A DNA stretch of 21,266 nt from a virus (IMGVR_UViG_2740892113_000010); one strand, 5' to 3'. Positions 8,229 to 17,336 are shown, counted from the first letter of the stretch. Notes: generated by a model not told the origin, from the sequence alone. Program-made: numbers and translations.

Positions 8229-9170
8229 TTAAGTTAATTTTAATGAATGGTACTCTATCGAGCTGATTGTAGATGCGATATATTTACGATCATTTACAGA
8301 GAGTATTGCCGCTAGTAGACGACATACCAGAGCCTGCATTTGTAGCAATATATCGCTACCATATTGACAATCATTGATACTAGAGAAACCAAGCGGTTGC
8401 CCATTAAAAATGGCTTCATGAAAATTATCATTGCGTATAACTGAAACATTACATTCATCTGTTGCCCATGACGGGATTTTTACACCGTAATTTTCGCACA
8501 TCCAATATACTCTATTTTGATGAGATGGTTTTTTCTCTTTAATGACTTTATCCCTTTCATCCCATGCTATAGCAAAACAGCAATCAAGAGCCATATAAAG
8601 ATACTGGAATTTCTCAAAGGAAAGGTATAGTGGGTTATGTGACAGGAATAGGGAGTGTATCACCGCAGCTATTCTTTTAATGGAGCGATCATCTTTTTGT
8701 TTGTCTTTTATATAGTTAAGTGCTAGCTCTATTACTTCTTTTTCAGAGCATCCAACGAGAATAAAGTCGGTTAACTTAGTGGGCTTGATAGTGGTTGCAT
8801 CAAGAAAACCAGCGTCAGTGGTTGTCAATCTTATACCCTTGAAAAAAGAGAGGCACCACACAACAAAGTTGAGAGTTTCTAACGAGGATGTGTTTTTTAA
8901 TTTTAGTGTGTGCGTTTTGGGCATGCCGAATACTCGGTAACTATAAGGCATTGTGCATGTGTCACCATTAAGGTTATATACCTTTCGATTCCCAGGGTAT
9001 ATCCAACCATTAACAACGTTTTTATCATTGTTAATACGTTCCACGTTCTCAATAAGACCGGGTAAAGTACGCAAAGAAAATTGTTCAGTCTCAATGTTAA
9101 CTTCTACTGGATAGTATCCAAACTCCGAAATAATCTCATTTGGTTGCTGTTCGTCAACTTCACCTTGCAT
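8229..9170 (-). CDS. Hypothetical protein, 313 aa (cargo, unknown function)
   Basis: Minus-strand ORF convergent with the 226-aa gene. SD GGAGA 5 nt upstream of the ATG (complement of 9168-9170). AT-rich. No P-loop, so not an Old-type ATPase. Confidence 0.7.
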   Translation of the reverse strand: MQGEVDEQQPNEIISEFGYYPVEVNIETEQFSLRTLPGLIENVERINNDKNVVNGWIYPGNRKVYNLNGDTCTMPYSYRVFGMPKTHTLKLKNTSSLETLNFVVWCLSFFKGIRLTTTDAGFLDATTIKPTKLTDFILVGCSEKEVIELALNYIKDKQKDDRSIKRIAAVIHSLFLSHNPLYLSFEKFQYLYMALDCCFAIAWDERDKVIKEKKPSHQNRVYWMCENYGVKIPSWATDECNVSVIRNDNFHEAIFNGQPLGFSSINDCQYGSDILLQMQALVCRLLAAILSVNDRKYIASTISSIEYHSLKLT

Positions 9171-9408
9171 AACTTTCTCCGTTCAAAAACAGGCACGATA
9201 ATTCTCGTAAGCCTATCATGTTCGCAAAGTATCCATACCTGTGGATTTTGTAAATTTAAGTTGATTTGTCATTAAATAAGCCGTTGCATGCAACAAGTGA
9301 ATGTTTTTGCATGCGTCGGGGATGTCCGTTCAGGCTGCGTGCGGTCAGGACTGGTGCGGATCCATAGTATCTATGCAACTGCATTAAAACCGCCCCATGA
9401 AGCGGGCG

Positions 9409-9427
9409 GGCGAGGCGGGGAAAGCAC
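9409..9427. other. cos site core, P2-type 19-nt cohesive-end sequence GGCGAGGCGGGGAAAGCAC
   Basis: Exact string read at 9409-9427 in the GC-rich spacer between the cargo island and the portal gene Q. It matches the P2/P4 cohesive-end sequence as I recall it (from memory) and sits where cos is expected, next to Q. Confidence 0.6.
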
Positions 9428-9561
9428 TGCGCGCTGGCGGTGGTGCTGATTTTATTTTTTCAGCGTCTCAGCGCGTCGTGATGGCATTTAGTCGGCCTGC
9501 TGGGGCGTTGGTGTGTCTGCGGGGTGTTTTGTGCGGTGGTGAGGGCGTGATGACGGGATGT

Positions 9562-9583
9562 AAAAAAGCCGCCCGCAGGCGGC
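9562..9583 (-). terminator. Intrinsic terminator downstream of Q (leftward P-Q operon)
   Basis: On the minus strand: GCCGCC-TGCG-GGCGGC hairpin followed by TTTTTT, 5 nt past the Q stop codon. Confidence 0.6.
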
Positions 9584-9588
9584 GATGT

Positions 9589-10623
9589 TCAGCCGTTGTC
9601 AGTGTCAAGTGAGTAGTTTTTAAAGCGGATGACCTCCTGACCGAGCCAGTCGTTTATCTCGCGGATCCTGTCCTGTAACGGGATAAGCTCATTGCGGACA
9701 AAGACCTTTGCCACTTTCTCAATATCACCCAGCGACCCGACGTTCTCCGGCTTGCCACCCATCAACTGAAAGGGGATGCGGTGCGCGTCCAGCAGGTCAG
9801 CGGCGCTGGCTTTTTTGATATTAAAAAAATCGTCCTTCGTCGCCACTTCACTGAGGGGGATAATTTTAATGCCGTCGGCTTTCCCCTGTGGGGCATAGAG
9901 AAACAGATTTTTAAAGTTATTGCGGCCTTTCGACTTCACCATGTTTTCGCGAAGCATTTCGATATCGTTGCGATCCTGCACGGCATCGGTGACGTACATG
10001 ATGTATCCAGCATGTGCGCCATTTTCGTAATACTTGCGGCGGAACAGCGTGGCCGACTCATTCAGCCAGGCAGAGTTAAGGGCGCTGAGATATTCCGGCA
10101 GGCCGTACAGCTCCTGATTAATATCCGGCTCCAGCAGGTGAAACACGGAGCCGGACGCGAAGGCTGTCGGCTCGTTGAAGGACGGCACCCACCAGTAAAC
10201 ATCCTCCTCCACGCCACGGCGGGTATATTTTGCCGGTGAGGTTTCCAGCCTGATAACCTTACCGGTGGTGCTGTAACGCTTTTCCAGAAACGCATTACCG
10301 AACACCAGAAAATCCAGCACAAAGCGGCTGAAATCCTGCTGGGAAAGCCACGGGTGCGGAATAAACGTTGAAGCCAGAATATTACGTTTGACGTAAATCG
10401 GTGAGCTGTGATGTACGGCAGCACGCAGGCTTTTTGCCAGACCGGTAAAGCTGACCGGTGGCTCATACCATCTGCCGTTACTGATGCACTCGACGTAATC
10501 CAGAATGTCACGGCGGTCGAGTACCGGCACCGGCTCACCAAAGGTGAATGCCTCCATTTTCGGGGCGCTGGCGGTCATTGTTTTCACCGCAGGTTGCGGT
10601 GTTTTCCCTTTTTTCTTGCTCAT
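9589..10623 (-). CDS. Q: Portal protein, P2 gpQ-like (344 aa)
   Basis: 344 aa, next to cos, start overlapping the stop of P; order and length as in P2. Confidence 0.93.
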   Translation of the reverse strand: MSKKKGKTPQPAVKTMTASAPKMEAFTFGEPVPVLDRRDILDYVECISNGRWYEPPVSFTGLAKSLRAAVHHSSPIYVKRNILASTFIPHPWLSQQDFSRFVLDFLVFGNAFLEKRYSTTGKVIRLETSPAKYTRRGVEEDVYWWVPSFNEPTAFASGSVFHLLEPDINQELYGLPEYLSALNSAWLNESATLFRRKYYENGAHAGYIMYVTDAVQDRNDIEMLRENMVKSKGRNNFKNLFLYAPQGKADGIKIIPLSEVATKDDFFNIKKASAADLLDAHRIPFQLMGGKPENVGSLGDIEKVAKVFVRNELIPLQDRIREINDWLGQEVIRFKNYSLDTDNG

Positions 10624-12395
10624 CAGTAAAACTCCAGAATGGTGGATGTCAGCGGGGTGCTGATACCGGCGGTGAGTGGCTCATTTAACAGGGCGTGCAT
10701 GGTCGCCCAGGCGAGGTCGGCGTGGCTGGCTTCCTCGCTGCGACTGGCCTCATAGGTGGCGCTGCGTCCGCTGCTGGTCATGGTCTTGCGGATAGCCATA
10801 AACGAGCTGGTGATGTCGGTGGCGCTGACGTCATATTCCAGACAGCCACGGCGGATAACGTCTTTTGCCTTGAGCACCATTGCGGTTTTCATTTCCGGTG
10901 TGTAGCGGATATCGCGCGCGGCGGGATAGAACGAGCGCACGAGCTGGAACACGCCGACACCGAGGCCGGTGGCATCAATACCGATGTATTCGACGTTATA
11001 TTTTTCGGTGAGTTTGCGGATGGATTCAGCCTGGGTGGCAAAGTCCATGCCTTTCCACTGGTGACGCTCAAGTATCCTGAATTTGCCACCGGCCACCACC
11101 GGCGGTGCCAGCACCACGCATCCGGCGCTGTCGCCACGGTGTGACGGGTCGTAACCAATCCATACCGGGCGGGAGCCGAACGGATTGGCGGCAAACGGTG
11201 CATAGTCTTCCCATTCTTCCAGCGTGTCGACCATGCAGCGTTGCAGCTCCTCGAACGGGAACACCGATGCCTTGTCGTCAACAAATTCACACATGAACAG
11301 GTTTTTAAAATCGTCGGCGCTGTTTTCGCGTTTGAGCTGCTCAATGTCGAACAGTGTGCAGCCACCTTTCAGGGCGTCCTCAATGGTGACAATCTGCCGC
11401 CACTGGCCGTCCGCACAGAGAAGCCCACCGGCAAGGGCGTTATGACTGACGTCGATTTCCACACGTTCGGCGGCGCTGGCGCGTCCCCGGTTGAACAGTT
11501 CACCCGACCAGAACGGGTAGGCGTCGTGCGCCAGTGTGGACGGGGTGGAGAAATAGGTCGAGCGCAGGTGACTCTGTGAGGCCATACCTGATGCCACCTT
11601 ACGCAGAACCTGAAAATTTGGGATCCAGAAAATCTCGTCGACGTACAGGTCACCGTTATGGCTCTGTGCGGTGTTGGAGTTGGTGCCGAGAAAAATCAGT
11701 TTTGCGCCGTTATTGCCCAGGACAATCGGGTCACCGGTCAGGTCAACGTCAACCAGACGGGCAAAGGCGATGATGTATTCACGGAACACATACGCCTGCG
11801 TTTTACTGGCCGACAGAAAAATCTGGTTATGACCGGTTTTCAGGGCGCGCAGCAGCGCCTCGCGGGAAAAATAAAATGTCGCGCCAATCTGGCGGGATTT
11901 CAGGATATCGCGGATGCGGTGCTCAAGCCCGGCGCGATACCAGTGCAACTGATAGTCGAAAGACTGCTCAAAGAAAATCTGCTCCAGCTTTTCGATAGCC
12001 TCGTCACTGAAAAAATTCTTTTTCGGTTTGCGCCGCCCGCCTTTGTTGCGGTTAGCGACGTTCGGATTAAGGTCTGCCTCGTTGCCGGTCTGGCTGTAGC
12101 GGTTTACCCGTGCCAGTCGTTCAATCTGGCGTCCGAGCAGGTCAATTTCCTTGAAGTCACCGCCGGTTTTCTGCGGTTTGATAATGAGCTGGGTCAGCCG
12201 CGCTTCCAGACTCATTTCGACACGGCTGATGGGGGCAACGCTGTCCCAGCCGTCGCGCTGTTTCCAGCTCTGCACCGTCGGGCGTTTCATCTGCAACATG
12301 GCGGCAATCTGCGGCACGGAAAACCCCTGCCAGTACAGCAGCGCCGCCTGACGACGCGGGTCGTGTAAAAGAGTGGTGTCTGTGGTGATGGTCAT
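10623..12395 (-). CDS. P: Terminase large (ATPase) subunit, P2 gpP-like (590 aa)
   Basis: ORF track 10623..12425 begins at TTG. The ATG at 12395 (MTITTDTT...) has SD GAGG and gives 590 aa, matching P2 gpP. Divergent from O. Confidence 0.92.
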   Translation of the reverse strand: MTITTDTTLLHDPRRQAALLYWQGFSVPQIAAMLQMKRPTVQSWKQRDGWDSVAPISRVEMSLEARLTQLIIKPQKTGGDFKEIDLLGRQIERLARVNRYSQTGNEADLNPNVANRNKGGRRKPKKNFFSDEAIEKLEQIFFEQSFDYQLHWYRAGLEHRIRDILKSRQIGATFYFSREALLRALKTGHNQIFLSASKTQAYVFREYIIAFARLVDVDLTGDPIVLGNNGAKLIFLGTNSNTAQSHNGDLYVDEIFWIPNFQVLRKVASGMASQSHLRSTYFSTPSTLAHDAYPFWSGELFNRGRASAAERVEIDVSHNALAGGLLCADGQWRQIVTIEDALKGGCTLFDIEQLKRENSADDFKNLFMCEFVDDKASVFPFEELQRCMVDTLEEWEDYAPFAANPFGSRPVWIGYDPSHRGDSAGCVVLAPPVVAGGKFRILERHQWKGMDFATQAESIRKLTEKYNVEYIGIDATGLGVGVFQLVRSFYPAARDIRYTPEMKTAMVLKAKDVIRRGCLEYDVSATDITSSFMAIRKTMTSSGRSATYEASRSEEASHADLAWATMHALLNEPLTAGISTPLTSTILEFY

Positions 12396-12568
12396 GAATA
12401 CCTCGCCGTGATGAATACACGGCAAGGCTACTGAGTCGCGCCCCGCGATTCGCTAAGGTGCTGTTGTGTCAGTGATAAGCCATCCGGGACTGATGGCGGA
12501 GGATGCGCATCGTCGGGAAACTGATGCCGACATGTGACTCCTCTAATCACTATTCAGGACTCCTGACA
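12396..12568. promoter_or_regulatory. Divergent late promoter region (P-side and O-side late promoters expected)
   Basis: 173-bp spacer between divergently transcribed P and O, as in P2. I could not find an exact TGT-N12-ACA activator-site match, so only the region is called. Confidence 0.45.
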
Positions 12569-13423
12569 ATGGCAAAAAAAGTCTCAAAATTCTTTCGTAT
12601 CGGCGTTGAGGGTGACACCTGTGACGGGCGTGTCATCAGTGCGCAGGATATTCAGGAAATGGCCGAAACCTTTGACCCGCGAGTCTATGGTTGCCGCATT
12701 AACCTGGAACATCTGCGCGGCATCCTGCCTGACGGTATTTTTAAGCGTTATGGCGATGTGGTCGAACTGAAGGCCGAAAAGATTGACGATGATTCGGCGC
12801 TGAAAGGCAAATGGGCGCTGTTTGCGAAAATCACCCCGACCGATGACCTTATCGCGATGAACAAGGCCGCGCAGAAGGTCTACACCTCAATGGAAATTCA
12901 GCCGAACTTTGCCAACACCGGCAAATGTTATCTGGTGGGGCTGGCCGTCACCGATGACCCGGCAAGCCTCGGCACGGAATACCTGGAATTCTGCCGCACG
13001 GCAAAACACAACCCTCTGAACCGCTTCAAATTAAGCCCTGAAAACCTGATTTCAGTGGCAACGCCCGTTGAGCTGGAATTTGAAGACCTGCCTGAAACCG
13101 TGTTCACCGCCCTGACCGAAAAGGTGAAATCCATTTTTGGCCGCAAACAGGCCAGCGATGACGCCCGTCTGAATGACGTGCATGAAGCGGTGACCGCTGT
13201 TGCTGAACATGTGCAGGAAAAACTGAGCGCCACTGAGCAGCGCCTCGCTGAGATGGAAACCGCCTTTTCCGCACTTAAGCAGGCGGTGACTGACAGGGCG
13301 GATGAAACCAGCCAGGCATTCACCCGCCTGAAAAACAGTCTCGACCACACCGAAAGTCTGACCCAGCAGCGCCGCAGCAAGGCCACCGGTGGTGGCGGTG
13401 ACGGCCTGATGACGAACTGCTGA
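12569..13423 (+). CDS. O: Capsid scaffolding protein, P2 gpO-like (284 aa)
   Basis: ORF track starts at 12503; the ATG at 12569 (MAKKVSKFFRIGVEG...) gives 284 aa as in P2 gpO. Coiled-coil-like C-terminal half. Confidence 0.9.
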   Translation: MAKKVSKFFRIGVEGDTCDGRVISAQDIQEMAETFDPRVYGCRINLEHLRGILPDGIFKRYGDVVELKAEKIDDDSALKGKWALFAKITPTDDLIAMNKAAQKVYTSMEIQPNFANTGKCYLVGLAVTDDPASLGTEYLEFCRTAKHNPLNRFKLSPENLISVATPVELEFEDLPETVFTALTEKVKSIFGRKQASDDARLNDVHEAVTAVAEHVQEKLSATEQRLAEMETAFSALKQAVTDRADETSQAFTRLKNSLDHTESLTQQRRSKATGGGGDGLMTNC

Positions 13424-13481
13424 CCGGCGTCAGTCAGTCCGGGAAAACCTTCACGATTAACCCTTAATTTCAGGAAAAACT

Positions 13482-14555
13482 ATGCGCCAGGAAACCCGCT
13501 TTAAATTTAATGCTTACCTGTCCCGTGTTGCCGAACTGAACGGCATTGATGCCGGTGATGTGTCGAAAAAATTCACTGTTGAACCGTCGGTCACCCAGAC
13601 CCTGATGAACACCATGCAGGAGTCCTCTGACTTTCTGACCCGCATCAACATTGTGCCGGTCAGCGAAATGAAAGGGGAAAAAATTGGTATTGGTGTCACC
13701 GGCTCCATCGCCAGCACCACCGACACCGCCGGTGGCACCGAGCGTCAGCCGAAGGACTTCTCGAAGCTGGCGTCAAACAAGTACGAATGCGACCAGATTA
13801 ACTTCGATTTTTATATCCGCTACAAAACGCTGGACCTGTGGGCGCGTTATCAGGATTTCCAGCTCCGTATCCGTAACGCCATTATCAAACGCCAGTCCCT
13901 TGATTTCATCATGGCCGGTTTTAACGGCGTGAAGCGTGCCGAAACCTCTGACCGCAGCAGCAATCCGATGCTGCAGGATGTGGCGGTCGGCTGGCTGCAG
14001 AAATACCGCAATGAAGCCCCGGCTCGCGTGATGAGCAAGGTCACTGACGAGGAAGGCAGCACCACCTCTGAGGTCATCCGCGTGGGTAAGGGCGGTGATT
14101 ATGCCAGCCTCGATGCACTGGTGATGGATGCGACCAACAACCTGATTGAGCCGTGGTATCAGGAAGACCCTGACCTTGTGGTGATTGTGGGGCGTCAGCT
14201 ACTGGCGGACAAGTATTTCCCCATCGTCAACAGGGAGCAGGATAACAGCGAAATGCTGGCTGCTGACGTCATCATCAGCCAGAAACGCATCGGTAACCTG
14301 CCAGCGGTACGCGTCCCGTACTTCCCGGCGGATGCGATGCTCATCACGAAGCTGGAAAACCTGTCTATCTACTACATGGATGACAGCCATCGCCGCGTGA
14401 TTGTGGAAAACCCGAAACTCGACCGCGTGGAGAACTACGAGTCAATGAACATTGATTACGTGGTGGAAGACTACGCCGCCGGTTGTCTGGTGGAAAAAAT
14501 CAAGGTCGGTGATTTCTCCACACCGGCTAAGGCGACCGCAGAGCCGGGAGCGTAA
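13482..14555 (+). CDS. N: Major capsid protein, P2 gpN-like (357 aa)
   Basis: 357 aa, follows O, strong SD region; length and order as in P2. Confidence 0.93.
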   Translation: MRQETRFKFNAYLSRVAELNGIDAGDVSKKFTVEPSVTQTLMNTMQESSDFLTRINIVPVSEMKGEKIGIGVTGSIASTTDTAGGTERQPKDFSKLASNKYECDQINFDFYIRYKTLDLWARYQDFQLRIRNAIIKRQSLDFIMAGFNGVKRAETSDRSSNPMLQDVAVGWLQKYRNEAPARVMSKVTDEEGSTTSEVIRVGKGGDYASLDALVMDATNNLIEPWYQEDPDLVVIVGRQLLADKYFPIVNREQDNSEMLAADVIISQKRIGNLPAVRVPYFPADAMLITKLENLSIYYMDDSHRRVIVENPKLDRVENYESMNIDYVVEDYAAGCLVEKIKVGDFSTPAKATAEPGA

Positions 14556-14558
14556 CCG

Positions 14559-15302
14559 ATGACGAGTCCCGCACAGCGCCACATGATGCGGGTCTCGGCA
14601 GCGATGACCGCGCAGCGGGAAGCCGCCCCGCTGCGACATGCAACTGTCTATGAGCAGATGCTGGTCAAGCTGGCCGCAGACCAGCGCACACTGAAAGCGA
14701 TTTATTCAAAAGAGCTTAAGGCCGCGAAAAAGCGCGAACTGCTGCCGTTCTGGTTGCCGTGGGTGAACGGTGTGCTGGAGCAGGGCAAAGGTGCACAGGA
14801 TGACATTCTGATGACGGTCATGCTGTGGCGTCTGGATACCGGCGATATTGCCGGTGCGCTGGAGATTGCCCGTTATGCCCTGAAGTACGGTCTGACCATG
14901 CCGGGTAAACACCGCCGCACCCCGCCGTACATGTTCACCGAGGAGGTCGCACTCGCGGCCATGCGTGCCCACGCTGCCGGTGAATCTGTGGATATCCGCC
15001 TGCTGACGGAGACCCTTGAACTGACCGCCACGGCTGACATGCCTGATGAAGTGCGCGCAAAGCTGCACAAAATCACCGGTCTGTTTCTGCGTGACGCTGG
15101 TGATGCCGCCGGTGCGCTGGCTCACCTGCAACGTGCGACACAGCTCGACTGTCAGGCAGGCGTCAAAAAAGAGATTGAACGACTGGAGCGGGAGCTGAAA
15201 CCGAAGCCGGAGCCGCAGCCCAAAGCGGTCACCCGCGCCCCGCGTAAGACCCGGAGCGTGACACCGGCAAAACGTGGACGCCCGAAAAAGAAAGCCAGTT
15301 AA
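14559..15302 (+). CDS. M: Terminase small (endonuclease) subunit, P2 gpM-like (247 aa)
   Basis: 247 aa directly after N, basic C-terminal tail; length and order as in P2. Confidence 0.9.
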   Translation: MTSPAQRHMMRVSAAMTAQREAAPLRHATVYEQMLVKLAADQRTLKAIYSKELKAAKKRELLPFWLPWVNGVLEQGKGAQDDILMTVMLWRLDTGDIAGALEIARYALKYGLTMPGKHRRTPPYMFTEEVALAAMRAHAAGESVDIRLLTETLELTATADMPDEVRAKLHKITGLFLRDAGDAAGALAHLQRATQLDCQAGVKKEIERLERELKPKPEPQPKAVTRAPRKTRSVTPAKRGRPKKKAS

Positions 15303-15401
15303 CAACCGAATGCGCCCCGCGCCAGGGCGGCACGCCGGTCAGTGAGGGTGAATCACCTGACACTGCACCGGCGTCCACCGCCCGACTTTTCAGAGGTAGT
15401 C

Positions 15402-15911
15402 ATGATGACGCTGATTATTCCGCGAAAGGAGGCTCCCGTGTCCGGTGAGGGTACGGTGGTCATCCCGCAACCGGCAGGCGACGAGCCGGTGATTAAAAAC
15501 ACGTTCTTTTTTCCCGATATCGACCCGAAGCGCGTCCGGGAACGTATGCGCCTTGAGCAGACCGTCGCCCCCGCCCGTCTGCGTGAGGCCATCAAGTCAG
15601 GCATGGCGGAGACGAATGCGGAGCTGTACGAGTACCGCGAACAGAAAATTGCCGCCGGTTTTACGCGTCTGGCGGACGTTCCGGCGGACGACATCGACGG
15701 TGAAAGCATCAAAGTTTTTTACTACGAGCGCGCCGTGTGTGCGATGGCGACCGCGTCGCTTTATGAGCGTTATCGCGGCGTGGATGCCAGTGCGAAAGGC
15801 GACAAGAAGGCCGACAGCATTGACAGCACCATTGATGAACTGTGGCGGGATATGCGCTGGGCGGTGGCGCGTATCCAGGACAAGCCGCGCTGCATCGTGA
15901 GTCAAATCTGA
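15402..15911 (+). CDS. L: Head completion/stabilisation protein, P2 gpL-like (169 aa)
   Basis: ORF track 15342..15911; ATG 15402 (MMTLIIP...) behind SD GAGG gives 169 aa as in P2 gpL. Confidence 0.85.
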   Translation: MMTLIIPRKEAPVSGEGTVVIPQPAGDEPVIKNTFFFPDIDPKRVRERMRLEQTVAPARLREAIKSGMAETNAELYEYREQKIAAGFTRLADVPADDIDGESIKVFYYERAVCAMATASLYERYRGVDASAKGDKKADSIDSTIDELWRDMRWAVARIQDKPRCIVSQI

Positions 15912-16114
15912 TGAAGACCTTTGCGCTACAGGGTGACACGCTCGACGCCATTTGTGTCCGGTATTACGGGCGCACTGAGGGCGTGGTTGAGACCGTGCTC
16001 GCCGCAAATCCGGGACTGGCTGAACTGGGTGCGGTGCTGCCACACGGCACCGCCGTCGAACTGCCCGACGTTCAGACCGCGCCCGTGGCTGAAACTGTCA
16101 ATCTGTGGGAGTAA
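15911..16114 (+). CDS. X: Tail protein X, P2 gpX-like (67 aa)
   Basis: ATG 15911 overlaps the L stop (TGATG). MKTFALQGDTLDAICVRYYG... gives 67 aa as in P2 gpX. Confidence 0.85.
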   Translation: MKTFALQGDTLDAICVRYYGRTEGVVETVLAANPGLAELGAVLPHGTAVELPDVQTAPVAETVNLWE

Positions 16115-16117
16115 CGC

Positions 16118-16399
16118 ATGACAGCAGAAGAAAAAAGCGTCCTGTCGCTTTTCATGATTGGGGTGCTGATTGTTGTCGGCAAGGTGCTTGCCGGTGGTGA
16201 ACCCATCACCCCGCGTCTGTTTATCGGGCGCATGTTGCTCGGCGGTTTTGTCTCGATGGTTGCCGGTGTTGTTCTGGTGCAGTTTCCTGACCTGTCACTG
16301 CCTGCGGTGTGCGGCATCGGTTCCATGCTGGGTATCGCCGGTTATCAGGTGATTGAGATTGCCATTCAGCGCCGCTTTAAGGGCAGGGGGAAACCGTAA
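16118..16399 (+). CDS. Y: Holin, P2 gpY-like (93 aa)
   Basis: 93 aa with hydrophobic membrane segments and a charged C-terminus, immediately upstream of the endolysin. Confidence 0.85.
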   Translation: MTAEEKSVLSLFMIGVLIVVGKVLAGGEPITPRLFIGRMLLGGFVSMVAGVVLVQFPDLSLPAVCGIGSMLGIAGYQVIEIAIQRRFKGRGKP

Positions 16400-16896
16400 T
16401 GCCGGTAATTAACACGCATCAGAATATCGCCGCCTTTCTCGACATGCTGGCCGTGTCCGAAGGGACGGCGAATCATCCGCTGACGAAAAACCGGGGCTAT
16501 GACGTGATAGTCACCGGACTGGACGGAAAGCCGGAAATTTTCACCGACTACAGTGACCACCCGTTCGCGCATGGCCGACCGGCGAAGGTGTTTAACCGTC
16601 GCGGTGAAAAATCCACGGCCTCCGGTCGCTATCAGCAGCTTTACCTGTTCTGGCCGCACTACCGCAAACAGCTTGCCCTGCCGGATTTCAGTCCGTTGTC
16701 ACAGGACAGGCTCGCCATTCAGTTGATCCGCGAACGCGGTGCACTGGATGACATCCGGGCGGGACGCATTGAGCGCGCCATTTCACGCTGTCGCAATATC
16801 TGGGCGTCCCTGCCGGGTGCCGGTTACGGTCAGCGTGAGCATTCACTGGAAAAACTGGTCACCGTCTGGCGTACCGCCGGCGGCGTACCGGCTTAA
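16399..16896 (+). CDS. K: Endolysin (lysozyme), P2 gpK-like (165 aa)
   Basis: 165 aa; N-terminal ...FLDMLAVSEGT... region typical of phage lysozymes; start overlaps the Y stop. Confidence 0.9.
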   Translation: MPVINTHQNIAAFLDMLAVSEGTANHPLTKNRGYDVIVTGLDGKPEIFTDYSDHPFAHGRPAKVFNRRGEKSTASGRYQQLYLFWPHYRKQLALPDFSPLSQDRLAIQLIRERGALDDIRAGRIERAISRCRNIWASLPGAGYGQREHSLEKLVTVWRTAGGVPA

Positions 16897-16910
16897 ACGG
16901 AGTAAACACC

Positions 16911-17336
16911 ATGAAGAAATTATCCCTTTCACTGATGCTGAACGTGTCGCTGGCGCTGATGCTGGCACTGTCCCTGATTTACCCGCAGAGCGTGGCCGTC
17001 AGTTTTGTCGCCACCTGGGCGATTCTGGCGACGGTTATCTGTGTGGTTGCCGGTGGTGTCGGCGTGTATGCCACGGAGTATGTGCTGGAACGCTACGGGC
17101 GGGAGCTGCCGCCGGAATCGCTGGCCGTGAAGATTGTCACGTCGCTGTTTTTGCAGCCGGTGCCGTGGCGCAGACGGGCGGCGGCTCTGGTGGTGATGGT
17201 GGCGACGTTTATCTCGCTGGTCGCTGCCGGGTGGATTTTTACTGCGCTGATTTACCTCGTGGCGTCGGTGTTCTTCCGGCTGATACGTACGGCCTGCCGT
17301 CAGCGTTTTGAGGGGCGGGAACCATGTCAAAGCTGA
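16911..17336 (+). CDS. lysA: Lysis regulator LysA-like membrane protein (141 aa)
   Basis: 141 aa, multiple hydrophobic segments, follows K as in P2. Confidence 0.8.
   Translation: MKKLSLSLMLNVSLALMLALSLIYPQSVAVSFVATWAILATVICVVAGGVGVYATEYVLERYGRELPPESLAVKIVTSLFLQPVPWRRRAAALVVMVATFISLVAAGWIFTALIYLVASVFFRLIRTACRQRFEGREPCQS

Noticed and set aside
9397-9612. 71-aa plus-strand ORF spanning the cos core
   Set aside because: No SD, Gly/Ala/Arg-rich translation typical of a random frame in GC-rich DNA; overlaps cos, the Q terminator and the Q stop.
9781-10541. ORFs of 152 aa (plus) and 159 aa (minus, out of frame) overlapping portal gene Q
   Set aside because: Embedded in or antisense to Q; no independent support.
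11658-12368. 236-aa plus-strand ORF (and several other 60-160 aa ORFs, 10695..11579) inside the terminase gene P
   Set aside because: Antisense to a full-length, well-supported 590-aa gene; no start context; typical shadow ORFs in GC-rich coding DNA.
12396-12568. Searched for an exact TGT-N12-ACA late-activator site in the P/O divergent promoter region
   Set aside because: No exact match found by eye (closest are one-mismatch or N11 variants), so no specific site is called; a degenerate site may still exist.
14706-15305. 199-aa minus-strand ORF antisense to terminase small subunit gene M
   Set aside because: Shadow ORF; M is full length and in operon context.
15597-16043. 148-aa minus-strand ORF and other frames overlapping L and X
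   Set aside because: Antisense to tightly packed late genes; Arg/Pro/His-rich nonsense composition.
16929-17330. 133-aa minus-strand ORF antisense to lysA
   Set aside because: Shadow ORF with highly basic, low-complexity translation.
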